Source of the DNA: Vermamoeba vermiformis
Taxonomy: Eukaryota
Length of the DNA: 64,000 bases
NCBI GenBank assembly: GCA_045837725.1
Contig: JBEWZL010000124.1
Location: 186,001 to 250,000 of the forward strand
Direction of reading: 5' to 3'
Shown: positions 40,301 to 53,400 of the stretch, in pieces
Layout: every line of letters begins with the position of its first letter
How positions within the stretch are numbered: the first letter of the stretch is position 1
The notes under the pieces: generated by a model
The model's input: the letters and a program-made list of their open reading frames with translations, nothing else
Told to the model about the DNA's origin: nothing
The model's database searches: none
Position numbers and translations under genes: made by a program

Positions 40301-43300
40301 TCGTTCTTCAAACCTGTTGCTAAATCCAGCAACAAAGATGACGACCAAAGCGCTACTAGCGAAGAGTCTAGCTCTGAATCCTCTGATGATGAAGACGTTG
40401 AGGAAGAAGACGATGATATGGACGAAGATGAAGACGAGGACAAGCCCAAGAAAAAGAGCGGCAAATCCACCAAAGGTAGTCGTTACTGGTGCCAAAGCTA
40501 AGCCTAAACCTGCTGCTACTGAGTCGCCTGCCAAAGAAGCTGTTAAGGAAGAGGTCGTTAAGACTGAAGGTGCTCCCGCTGCCGCATCTGCTACAAACGG
40601 AACTGCATCCGAACCGATCAAGGTCGAAGGTGCTGTTGAAGAGGCTGGCACTAAGAAGAAGCAGCAACGCATTTATGTTCGCCCCGATGAAGACGAAGGC
40701 TGGCGTATTCGATACCCCAAAGCTTTGGCTGCAGACAAGGCTTTCAGAAAACGCATCTACAACTTGAATCCGTACTACGTGGCTCGTATTCTCAAGATTG
40801 CCGGACGCCGTAATAGCAACTCGATTAAGATCCACGTTCAGTTGTTCTATAGATTGAAGCAAGTCAAGGGCAAGAAAGCTTTGGGTTCTGATCGCGAGAT
40901 CTTCTACACCGAGTAAGTAGCTCTCCTTTACGGCGCTTAAATTGCTCAAATTATTATCTGCGCTTAATTAACCATATCTATTAGGCGCGAAGAGGTTTTG
41001 AAGGCCAGCGTCGTCAAGGGCAAGTGCGTCGTCCGCCATTACAAATCGATCGTGAAAGGCCAAGAAGACAAAGAAGAGGCCCTGAATAATCATAGAAGCA
41101 AGGACCATCACTACTACTTCCGCGAAGGCTTCGTCATTAAGACTAAAGAGTTTTTCGATGCTCCTGTGCCTCAAGCGGATGGCTCAGAAGATCTTATGGA
41201 ACAGATCAAGCTTCAAGCCAAACAAACCGTGACTCCTCTCAGAACCATGGACTTGTTCTCTGGATGCGGGGGTCTATCTACAGGTAATTACATCATTCCT
41301 TTAACGCACATCCACAACAATTTACGATTAATATGATGCTTAATCAACCCATTGGGACACCTTAAGAGTAGTAGTTGGCCTAATCAACCGGCTGCTCATG
41401 ATAAAAAAGGGAACTGAACATTAATCAACCCTCTATCTAACTTAAGCAATTTATTCTCGGAAACAATTTTTAACCACATCCGCTTCGTTTAGGTCTCGAA
41501 CAGTCCGGCGTTTCAAAGACTTATTGGGCCGTAGAAAAGGATACTGAAGCCTCTGAATCGTGCCACCGTAACCACGAAGGCTGCAAGGTCTACAACAACG
41601 ACATTAACGAGCTGCTCAAGCGCATTATCAGCGGAGATCCGACTTTGCCCAAAAAAGGTGAAGTCGACATGATCGTCGGAGGTCCTCCGTGCCAAGGCTT
41701 TAGCGGTCTGAATCGTTTCCAAGAACGCACTAAGGGCGAAGAAACCATCAATGCTTTGGTCGTGACGTACCTCTCGTTCATCGATCACTTCAAGCCTCGC
41801 TTTGCGGTCATGGAGAACGTCAAGGGCTTGCTGTCCACAGCCAAGGGCAGTGTCTGCGCATTGATCTTGAGCACGTTGATTGCTATCGGATATCAAGTCC
41901 GATTAGGCATTCTCAATGCCGGTCAGTTCGGCTTGCCGCAAAGTCGAGTCAGACTTATCGTGATGGCCTCTAAGGTCGGCGATGTCTTGCCCGAGTTCCC
42001 CGTGCCCACCCACTCCTTCATCATTCAAGGCGCACGCTTCCGTGAAATTCCCGTGGCCTTGGGCAAAAGCGGCGCTCAAAGCGCACCGGGCGTTTTGACC
42101 ACGACGCGCATGGCTTTGTCCGACTTGCCGCCAATCGAGTATGGCGCTAAATTGTCTCAGGGCCTGTCTTATGCCACCGAACCTCCTTCGGACTTTGCCC
42201 GTGAATTACGAGGCAAAGAAACAGAGGTAACCAATCACATCACGAGAGACTTGGACGCGTTGAACTTTACGCGCATCAGTTCGATTCCTCGCGAGAAGCC
42301 TGGTGTCGATTGGCGTTCACTGCCGGACCACTTGATTCCTTGGTGCTTGCCCAACACTGCCGACCGACACAACGATTGGCGTGGCCTCTATGGTCGTTTG
42401 GACTGGGACGGTACGTTTACCTCGCCATATATTATCTTATAAATGATAACTAATAACTTCTATTAGCCTATTGGAAGACGGTGCTGTGCAATCCAAACTA
42501 CTTCCGTCACGCGGTTATTCATCCGAATCAAGACAGGTAAGCGCTCAAATTTTGTCGTTGATATGGTGGAGTTACTGAGGTTTGGGTCTACAATGATTAT
42601 TGAACCCACTATTGGTCCGTGTTAATGAATTTAAATGATTCAGAAGTGATAATGAACATAGATCCAACTCAACAAAAAAAACAATTTTTTTCTTTCAAAT
42701 TTAACGCTAATCTTAATTTCTTTATAATAGAGTCGTATCTGTGCGTGAGTGCGCTCGAGCTCAAGGTTTCCCCGATGACTTCCGTTTCTTGGGCAAGATC
42801 TTCGCTCAGTACAAACAAGTCGGTAACGCCGTGCCGCCACCCTTGGCCAGAGCTATCGGCAAAGAAGTCAAGAAAGCCATGATCCAAGCTGAAGAACAGA
42901 AGCCTTTCCCTGTCGTTATCAAGACTACCACTGAGACCCCTGCTCCAATGCACGTGGATCAAGATCACGTGACTAACGGCAAAGAAGAGAGCTCTGAGAA
43001 GAAGACCAAGACTAAGGAGAAGAAGAGCAAGGGCAAGAAAGAAAATATCTTTGGTGCCTCGAACGGCGATGACTTGTCCAACAACTCCGACGAGAACACC
43101 TCTGACAAGGAGAATCACGCGAGCAATAAGAGCAAGAAGGCTAGCTCGAGCCAAGACGAGAAGAAAGGCACGAAGCGAAAGCGCGAGTCAGGTGAAGAGG
43201 CCAGCGACGATGACGTGCAGTTGACACGTGTCACTAAGAAAGCGAAAGTTGCTGCCAGCGGTGACAAGAAAGAGAAAAAGAAGCACAAGAAGAAGAAAGC

Positions 43301-43343
43301 CAACAAAGAGAGTATTTTTGCGACTGGCAACAACGATATGTAA
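37372..43343 (+). CDS. DNMT1: DNMT1/MET1-type C5 cytosine DNA methyltransferase (RFTS-like, BAH1, BAH2, MTase); apparent +1 frameshift near 40472
   Basis: Motifs [86 protein letters not shown] and RFTS-like exons upstream. Confidence 0.93.
38657..38775 (+). rRNA. 5S rRNA gene inside DNMT1 intron 38545-38876
   Basis: 119 nt; terminal helix GGGCACGAC/GTTGTGCTC; CCCGTCCGATC, box A (AGTTAAGC), TTAGTACTG, CCTGGGAA; T-run terminator. Confidence 0.95.
41326..41426 (+). ncRNA. Box C/D snoRNA, U58/SNORD58-like, in DNMT1 intron 41284-41492
   Basis: 7-bp terminal stem GATTAAT/ATTAATC; box C ATGATGC (41333); box D CTGA (41414); C' ATGATA. Guide TTGGGACACCT (41352-41362) is complementary to conserved LSU AGGUGUCCUAA. 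Confidence 0.75.
42576..42671 (+). ncRNA. Box C/D snoRNA, U18/SNORD18-like, in DNMT1 intron 42537-42730
   Basis: External stem TGAGGTTTGGGTCTA/TAGATCCAACTCA; box C ATGATTA (42593). Guide TTGGTCCGTGTT (42612-42623) is complementary to conserved LSU AACACGGACCAA. D' and D both read ATGA. Confidence 0.8.
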
Positions 43344-44081
43344 TTTATTTAGTAAAGACCTCGTTAGAAACTACCTGGCTTGATGTACCAATATTGCGAA
43401 GCTACTCAATCAAGCAGCCAAACTTCGTACTGCGGATCCGCTCTGTTTGCCACACTGAAGGACGAGGAGCAGCGAAGAACGAGCAGAGTGATATGTACTC
43501 TACACTAGTTGTTTATGAACGCAGTGGTGAGCTGGGCTAGCTAGTGCGTAGGGGTTGCACAACGGAGCGAGATCTGTATCTCAAGACCGGTACTCATCTT
43601 CGGTTCTAAGATCCATGAGATAGCATAACCTTGCACTCAGTTAGTCCGGAGTCAATGTAGCGCTCGACGGATGAAAGAGGACGCCGAAAAGAAGGCAGAT
43701 CTATTACAAGGCGGTGACAGACACGGTGTCTACAGCCATCTCCACCTCCACAATAAAGCTGCTCAATAAAAACTATATCGAGGCTGCTAATGCGCTTACA
43801 GGGCCTTCTTGTCGCTTGCCTGCACTTCATCAACAAAGATGTACTGGGCCGAGAACATTCACCAATACAGCCGTTGCTCTGCGTGTCATGTATACATTGC
43901 GCAATTTGATCAGTTTTTAAGAACAGCAGCACCTATACAACTTGTCTGCCTTCGAGTAAAAGTCTTTCTAAGAAATATTGATAATTTCAGCTCCGATTAG
44001 TATGCTATAATACGTTAATTTATTCTACAAAGTATGAAAATACACCACTATATTGGGTTTGTTTATTGCTTTGTACGTAAC

Positions 44082-44315
44082 TTAACCGCTACCACGGAGA
44101 ATTAGAACCAAGTGGAGAGTGACACCAGCTTTAAGTCCTAAGTCGCTGGCAGTTTTATCGTCAGCCATCGCACGTCCACCGAAGATAAGTCTTTGTTGTT
44201 GCGTCGGAATGCCTTCTTTTTCTTCTACACGCTCCTTGAGGCGAGTGATGGTATCGGTGGGTTCGATATCGAGATCGAGGGTTTTGCCAGTCAAAGTCTT
44301 AACTTTAATTTGCAT
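44082..44315 (-). CDS. NEDD8: NEDD8/Rub1-like ubiquitin-family protein with atypical LILRGSG C-terminus
   Basis: [11 protein letters not shown]...IEPTD...[26 protein letters not shown]; intronless. Confidence 0.8.
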   Translation of the reverse strand: MQIKVKTLTGKTLDLDIEPTDTITRLKERVEEKEGIPTQQQRLIFGGRAMADDKTASDLGLKAGVTLHLVLILRGSG

Positions 44316-45778
44316 TGTGTATTACGTGTTGTTGTTGTTGATTTGAATGTTTGTATGAGAACGTTTTTTCCCTTTTGTTCGGCAGCCCTGGAACAGCGTT
44401 GTTTTGGCATTCGAAGAATTTTGGACAAACAGAAAAAAAATTAGAATGCCTTTGCCTACTTCCAATTTGAAAAGTTACGCTCGTGATTGACAATTCAGCG
44501 CTGTTGTCAATCACATAGGCAAGTAGCGAGAGTGACAGAGGTCGTCACGTTCAGATTTGGATCTGCACTTTCGTCTGGCAACGCGTCCTTTCCGCTGTAC
44601 TTTTTTGCCGTACTGTCCGCCTAACTACTCCGTCTAAATATAGACGCGATTACTTTATATCTCGTGCAATGGCCCCAAGGATTATTCTTCATTGTGGACT
44701 TTAATCATTTGTACTGCCTCGCGATCGGATTCGATGACCGTTTTGTTTATCATGTCTTTGGCTATCTCTATAAGAAGCCGACGACTCTATTAAATATAAT
44801 GTATTAGAACTATTCATGCTTAATATGGATGAACTGCAATAAAATTGTATTAGACACATTACCTAGCGAGATTGAAATATAGTTCCGCGGATCCTCGTGC
44901 GAGCTTTCAAAACTGAATTATTACTTGCTTAAAGAGTAATTTTCACGCAATAAAATTATTCGAAATATCTAGTACTTCGAGCTTAAAATAGGCATTGTTC
45001 CGGCCTGAAGATTTTTCCGTTGAGCCGGATCCAAGTTACCGTTACAGGCTTAATAATGGCTAACAATATGTACTGCGAAGAATATCATCATAGAGTGCAT
45101 TTTATAACGATTTTGAAGCTCAAATGCAAAAAATTAAAAAACAAAAGTGAGATTGCATGGTGATGAAAATTTCGCTGGAAATTTAATTTTGAGTGCCTGT
45201 GTTGTCTATGAATACATAAAGATATAATTTGTCGCCCGTATCAATATCAAAAATATTAAAAATTAACAAATATCTTTTTTTGTGTACTAATTTAGATTGA
45301 GCTGTTGCGCGAGGAAACAGTCCAGGCGACCGTGAAATTAACGGTATATCAAGAAAGAACAAGCGATTGTTGTATTTCAATGTCGTCGTGACAATTTCAG
45401 ACAGAGAAGGAAATTTACGAGATGCTGCGTTGTGAGGAGGATGTGTGGATCACTACACGCGCCAAACATTCCAGAACCTCAGCGAACGATAAAATACAGA
45501 TATGTACACCGAATCGATGACCAGAAACTTACATGAGGCGGCTAGAAGCTCCAACTAAGCGCATCTTCTGCTGATCCACGAACGAACTTGATCCAAATCA
45601 ACTTCTCGTGCGTCTGCTCAGTGAAAATCTGAATCCCTTCGCTACACAGCGGTCTTGGAATCTCAACCACAAGATTACGAATCAGGCCAAATTTAGACCC
45701 CACGTGACTTTCCGCGCGGTATTTGCCAGAGAACGCGAAATTTCAGTCACCACAGGAAAATCTTCGTCACGAGCATAA

Positions 45779-46969
<1,191 letters not shown>

Positions 46970-47175
46970 ATTATTTGATCGCCTACGAGCATCTTGTAAC
47001 ATTAAAAACCCATAAAAATACACAAATTAAAAAAATATCGAGTCCTTTATTCAATTTGATTGCTACAAAGCTTACCACGCAAACTCTTCGTTGCGACGTT
47101 TACTAACATTGCCCATTGTGCCGTTTTAGTTTTGACCAATTTTGTTTGCCAGCACCGTTCGAACCAATACCACAA

Positions 47176-48388
47176 ATGGACGCTCGAGAATGCTTATTTG
47201 AGCAACTTCCTTCGGAGCTTAATGTACTCATAATAAGGATGTTAGACACGCATACTTTAATAAGGTACTAATATTAGCAAAGAAAATTGAACTCGAATTA
47301 TACTTTAAATCGAAATATTTTGAATAATTGTTTTTAATTCAGTATTTGACGCAGAACGTATACGACCTGCAAGCGATGGCTAAATAATGCCCAGTGGGCA
47401 ACTGATGTTGATATTATTTATACATCCAAAAACGGAGAACCAATTAACAACAAAGGACCAATAGATTGGAGTGCTGTTGACCGTACTTTTGAAAGATTTT
47501 CTCCAGCAAAAATTAGGTCTTTTGCTATGCAATTCAGGCCTAACGAGGATTGCCATACTTTCCCCATTGTTAGACGTACGTATTTATGTTTCGGCTACTT
47601 CGCTAAATGAGTATACCAAGTTTATTCTAACATATAATTATTATTAGGGTTTATTAATAAAATGACCCGCTTAGAGTCGCTGACACTTAGCAGCAGTATT
47701 ATTTGCCCGTATGTGACAAACGAGCGAATAACCGAGTTGCATGTACTTGGGATTATTCCTTGGGAGGAAGTATTTACGGGCTCCGTTATAGGAATGCCGA
47801 ATTTGGAAAAGCTGTCATTTCAGGCCGGAGTTAGCGTAACTAATTCTCTCGACTTTAAACTTTGCATCAGAAACGGAGCTCTGAAGAAATGCACGTGGCT
47901 GAAAGTACGAAATATTAGTTCTAGGCCTATTGGGTTAACCGTGGCTTTCATGACGCAATTAAAGCATTTGTATTTGGAGGATGCGTTCATTGAAGACGAT
48001 CGGTTCTTCAACCTCGTGACAATGACTAATTTGGAAGTGTTAAGCCTATCAGGGCTAAAAGCACTAATGCCGCTAAGCCTTTTTGAAAAGGAATTGTATG
48101 TGGATCGCCCTCAACCGATTTCAAATCCTCATCCGATCAGCGGATTGCGACACTTGACTACCTTGAGGAGCTTGACTTATTTGGATATTTCAGAAATACG
48201 CCAGCCTACTAGGATGGCTGACTATGATACATACAGTTCTGAATTTGACGTGGCCGAGTGCATTAAGTGCTATTGGCCAAAGTTAAAGACTATCAAGCTT
48301 ACTGGCACTAATATTGGAGAGGCGAATGAAGAAGAAACTACGCGAAATTGATGGATTGACTATTGAGAAGCAAGATTGGACTGCTTAA
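47176..48388 (+). CDS. F-box/LRR protein; apparent +1 frameshift near 48337
   Basis: Exon 1 FEQLPSELNVLIIRML...TCKRW (F-box) followed by irregular LRRs. Confidence 0.7.
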
Positions 48389-48602
48389 ATACTCTTCGTA
48401 CTGGCATCGTTATGCAGATCTTACGTGAATCCGTTTATGTCAGATTACTTGGTTATAAAGGCTAATAAACGATAGAACAGTTTTATATTAAATTAATTAT
48501 AATAGCTTAGTAGTACACGTTAAGTGCGTTGGTTCTGCTTTTAGAATTGCAAAGTACGACTAAAGTTCAAAACGTTTCATTTGTATTATTTACATTAAGG
48601 GG

Positions 48603-50656
48603 CTATATTACAGCGAGTTTCAATAGAGATCCACAAACGGATCCTAAAGCTAATCCTCCAACTAAGAAGAATGCCATTGTCGTGGATGCAGTCTCTTTTT
48701 CGTGCGTATCGCATTTTGACGGTCCGTACATCATTAAATAGCCTAACAATAGCTCATTAGTACTTAATATATAATCGCGATATAGGACTTACTGCCGCTG
48801 TAGCCGTTTGACAACGCAAATAAGGCCATGAAAAGGAACGGGAACAGATCGAAGTCAAAGACTTTGGGCTTAACGCACAGAATAAATAATGGCAAGAATA
48901 CGATACGAATGATGTTCATGATGTATATTTTCTTTGAGGAGACTGTTTGGAAATATTTCCATTTCGGTAAAAACTTGCCGATCAGATCTCCAACGTTGAA
49001 AACTAGCTGTGGCGAGTAATCATTAGATAATCATCGTAATATATTAGTATAGTATTAGGATGGTACTTACGAATAGCGTAATAACGAACCAAGCGCTATC
49101 ATTAAAGTCCTGATTTATCGATTTCATCTCGCCTGGCGAATTGCAAAAAAAAGATTAAAATACTTGACATCATTCATAATAATTTTTAATCATCATCTCA
49201 CCGCTAATTCCGGGAAATAATGACAAAGTAATGAAGAAATTCAACGCGATCATAACAGCTGGTAGCCACATCTTGCGCATAATACTCTTCAGACTAACTT
49301 TTTCGTACGCTTCTTTTCGCCATTCACCTGTTCGGCCGGTACGATTAACATGCAATTCGTGCATATAATAGCACTATTATATAATGCTATTATCTATATT
49401 TACCTTCATCGCGGCTAAAATCGATATTGACAGCTGGTTCAACTGGATCTTCAAGCGGAACATTTTCAAAATTTGTACTCTCGTGTGGCACTTTAGTAAC
49501 ATCAGATGTCTAAATAAGGCAATTAATACCAAAATCGGAGATTATTTTCAGTGAAAGTTAGAGTACCTCACTATAGCCAGAAATTTTCCTCATGTGATCT
49601 TTGACGAACTGAGATCGTTGGGTGAGAATGAATGTAATGATGCAGCCGGCCATAATAAGCGCGGATATTAAGAAATAAATAAGCGAGCTTATTACAACGC
49701 CACTAGCGTCATCGAGCAAGAATAATTTCGTCAAGATCCGCAATAACGATGAAAGAACTCCAGAAAGTCCATTGCTACGAATAACATTAATATTTTAATA
49801 AGAAAAATAGACATAATATATAGTAGTGATATTATATATGTAATTGTTCTTACCCTACTTGAACTCCTTGAATAAAAATAGATCCAATCATACTCGCGTA
49901 ACCATACACTTTAGAGCAATAAATATACATTAGTAGGGGACTATAGGGAACATCATTAATATGAACGTACCTGCACTCTGGACTAGTGAGTCAGTAAGAC
50001 CCAATAAGACCATTAATATAATTAGGACGGTGTAGGAAGCGTCGCTAGATCCGAGTCCAGGGATGTATCCCATAATCGGCAAAAATACCAATAATAAGAA
50101 GAAAAATGCAAAACCTGGGACTATACGCGAGAAAAAGCTAAATCTATGGCCGTATTTGACCGCTATTAAAAATCCTAATGATTTTTGTTAGATGCGCAAC
50201 GTTTCAGCGAATAAGGCATAGAACGTACCTAATACATTAGGAATCATATAAGCGACCGCAAAATCGAAACTGGAGTGCTTTGTAGGGTATAAATATTGAA
50301 AATAATCGAGGGCATTGATTATCTGAAGGAATAATGAATGTAAGCGAGATTAATCTTGTCATTATATTTTAAAAATTACCGAGTTCCATGGCATTAAAAA
50401 TCCAGCGCCCCATAGAATAAAATTGGCGTAAACAAGCGAGATCTAAAAATAAATGTCAAAATTAATTCAAAAAATCCAAATAAAATCTAGGCATGTCATA
50501 TTGATTCCGCTTTACTTGTATAAAGTCCTATCATAGTATTATTCTCAATAAATAAGAGAATCTTACCGTTCGATCTCCTTTAGAAAACCGTTCTTCGTAT
50601 TCATCAACGATATGCTCCTCAGCAACTACCTCCTTCGAAACTTCATTATATGCCAT
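48603..50656 (-). CDS. Equilibrative nucleoside transporter (SLC29/ENT)
   Basis: Exons with GAGFLMPWNS, GLSGVLSSLLRILTK, NFFITLSLFPG, FNVGDLIGK, FALSNGY; multiple TM segments. Confidence 0.9.
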
Positions 50657-50844
50657 TTCATACTTGATGTTAATTGTGCTGTTCACAAGACGGTTTGAGT
50701 AATTTCAGCTAACGGATGGGACAGGGTAATTTTTCGTGTCCTGGATGTTTTGGTTCCTTCGTGATTATAAACCTCAACAATAGTATTCAACATCAATTCA
50801 ATTATCAGCATTATAGTGGCTAAATATTGCAGTTCTCTGGAGCG

Positions 50845-52687
50845 ATGATGGTAATTACCATGGCGCGCCGTTGGCGCAAACCACTTTTTGAAAATTTCTA
50901 TCGAATACTACGCAATAATAAGTACTTTCGAGCCAATATTTGATGATAATTGGTCGCTAATAATCCTTTCGTTTCAAAATTAATTAAAAAAAATTAATTC
51001 TCAGGACATCCCGGCCTTGCCAAAGGAGCTAATCGATTTCTTAATATCATGTCTTGATGCTAAATCAAAGAGGATGATGCGAACGACAAGTAGATATTGG
51101 TTTGCGCACGTAAAACTGGACGAGTTCAAGATCTACTTCGCAAATCCAAAAACTGTTCCTGACATCGTGCAGCATTTCGCAAAATACTACGAGAATGTGG
51201 CAATCGGCATAAGATTGGACAAGATCATGGCACCAAATATGAAGACGTTTCCCGTGGATCAATTTGCGCGATTAACGAATCTGACTTCTTTCCAATTTGC
51301 CGACCACGAGTCCATTTCATGGGTCGAAAATGCATCAGCGTTAACTACATTGACCAATTTACAAACTTGCCCAATAGCAGTCACCAGCACCTTGATAAAT
51401 TTAACCTCACTCAAACTTGGCTCATTCGAATCCGATCTGCCACGTCACTTTACCAACTTACGAGAATTAACTGTCAGCAAATGTGTGGAATATAAGCGCG
51501 CCTTATCACTAGTGGCCAACCCTAGTCGATTGACAGCACTCACATTAGCCGCATTGGATCCTGAGGAGGATGAGCACATCCTCGCCGACTTTTCAAATTT
51601 GAACAAGTTGAATATCTACGATATGAATTCTCATTGCAGCATCAAATACTTGAAGAATTTAGAGAGTTTGACGATAACATGTGGATTTATAGCTCCTGAT
51701 CTAGTTCATTTGACACAATTGACATACTTGGCGGGTACGATAATGAATCCGTCTCGAGACATAGAATTGATTTCAAAGCTGGCGAACTTAAAGTATCTTA
51801 ATCTACAAGCTTCTTATTCAAGCGAGGTCGATTATTCATACGTATCAGCATTAACGGCGCTGGAGACATTTTATCCGAGCTCACCACAGGCCTGCAAAAA
51901 AGAATTGCAATCGTTGAATTCAAACAAACTTACTCAGCTATACACTAACCAAACATTAGACGAGTCTATTGGAAGATTATCATCGTTATTGGAACTGTAT
52001 CTGACGGAAAGCGACTGGCAGAACTACAATTACGAATCATTCACTGGCTTAAGAAACTTAACTAAGCTATTCTTATCAACTACAAAGACTTATATGGAAT
52101 GCACAATACTCAATCAATTACAATCGTTAAAGTGGCTCAGATTTGGTGTTCATTCGATGAAAGAAGCGCCGAAGGATTTTACACTGAAAAATTTGACAAA
52201 TTTGGAAGATTTAAATTTCGTTTGCAGAGCGTCAGCGAAAATGTACAACGATATGACCAATTTGACACGTTTGACATCTTTGCAGATTAATTTGCCTGCC
52301 GAAGTGTTGCTAATCGATATAACGCTATTGACAAACCTTCCTTTGCGAAAGCTCGTATTCCACAAGCAATTTTACTTCGTGGAAAGAGAAGGTTATTATG
52401 TCCAACAAGTTATGGCGATGTGTACGAATTTACGAGAATTGGAGCATTTGAAAGTATGGAAAGTGAGCTCTGAAGAAGCGATTGAATCACTTTCAGTCTT
52501 GACGAATTTGACTTATTTGGCGTTGAATAGAACACGTAGAGTGGAAGGCATTCATTTGACAAAGCTAACGAGCCTTCAAAAATTGCATTTTGTCTCGAAG
52601 AAGGCGCGTAATAAGTACTGCAAGCGCGGTGACTTTTTGACTGAAAAATTGACGCGTTTAATGTCGCAAGAATTTATGAGCGAGTAG
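50845..52687 (+). CDS. F-box/LRR protein (probable ATG microexon at 50845-50850 spliced to 51005)
   Basis: LPKELIDFLISCLD...TSRYW F-box, then many LTNL/LTxL LRRs; ATGATG|GTAATT...CAG|GAC is in frame. Confidence 0.75.
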
Positions 52688-52750
52688 CGTCAAGATCAAC
52701 GCAATAAATTCAGGTTCAAAATATTTAATTTTTTTTTATAATTTAATTTT

Positions 52751-53192
52751 TTAAAAAATAGAGGAGGGTGCTCCCATCATAAAGTAGATAGCCAACAGAG
52801 GGTCCATTACGGCACATCCTACTGACGAGAACCACATCCAATGAACGAGTGGGTAATCAGCGTAATGATGGAACGCATCCACTATTCCATGAACGAGCCA
52901 TCCAAGTCCAATCCAGAAAGGATTATACAATCCAAGGTACGCGCACACATAGAAGAATACTCCTCCTGCGCTTTCGAGCTTGCCGAACGGACCGTTGACG
53001 TAGCATCCGCCACAGAAAGCAAGCATAAGACTTGCCAAATTAAGACGCGTTTGATATTCGCAGAACCCAAGGCCGACGATAGTAGCTACACCAAATAAAA
53101 AGCTTATGGTCACCCATGGCCAGGTAAAGATCGAGTGTTTGTTGTGCTGGTCGCAGATGTCGCTGGGCTTTTTTTTCGTTTCTGTTCTTCAT
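52751..53192 (-). CDS. Small multi-TM protein resembling bacterial DUF6010; +1 frameshift in an A8 run near 53170
   Basis: AYLGL..FWIGLGWLVHGIVDAFHH...SSVGCAVMDPLLA...GAPS; intronless. The family assignment is from memory. Confidence 0.6.
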
Positions 53193-53400
53193 TGTGACTG
53201 TCGATAGATTAAATGAAAATAATGGACGTTAGATATTTTATAATGCTTGCGGAGTAGGTGGAGCTCGCGGAGTTGCCAACATGAGGAAATTTCTGAAGGC
53301 GGCGCTTGGTGTTGGCGGCGCTGGTAATTCGTAGTTATTTACTGTAATGTCATTTACAGTAAACTCAGGAATGATTTCGAATAAAAATACATTTATTAAT

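Noticed and set aside
41341-41430. TAATCAACC repeated three times at ~40-bp spacing (mini CRISPR-like look)
   Set aside because: Only 9 bp, eukaryotic context, no cas genes, and it overlaps the stems of the U58-like snoRNA.
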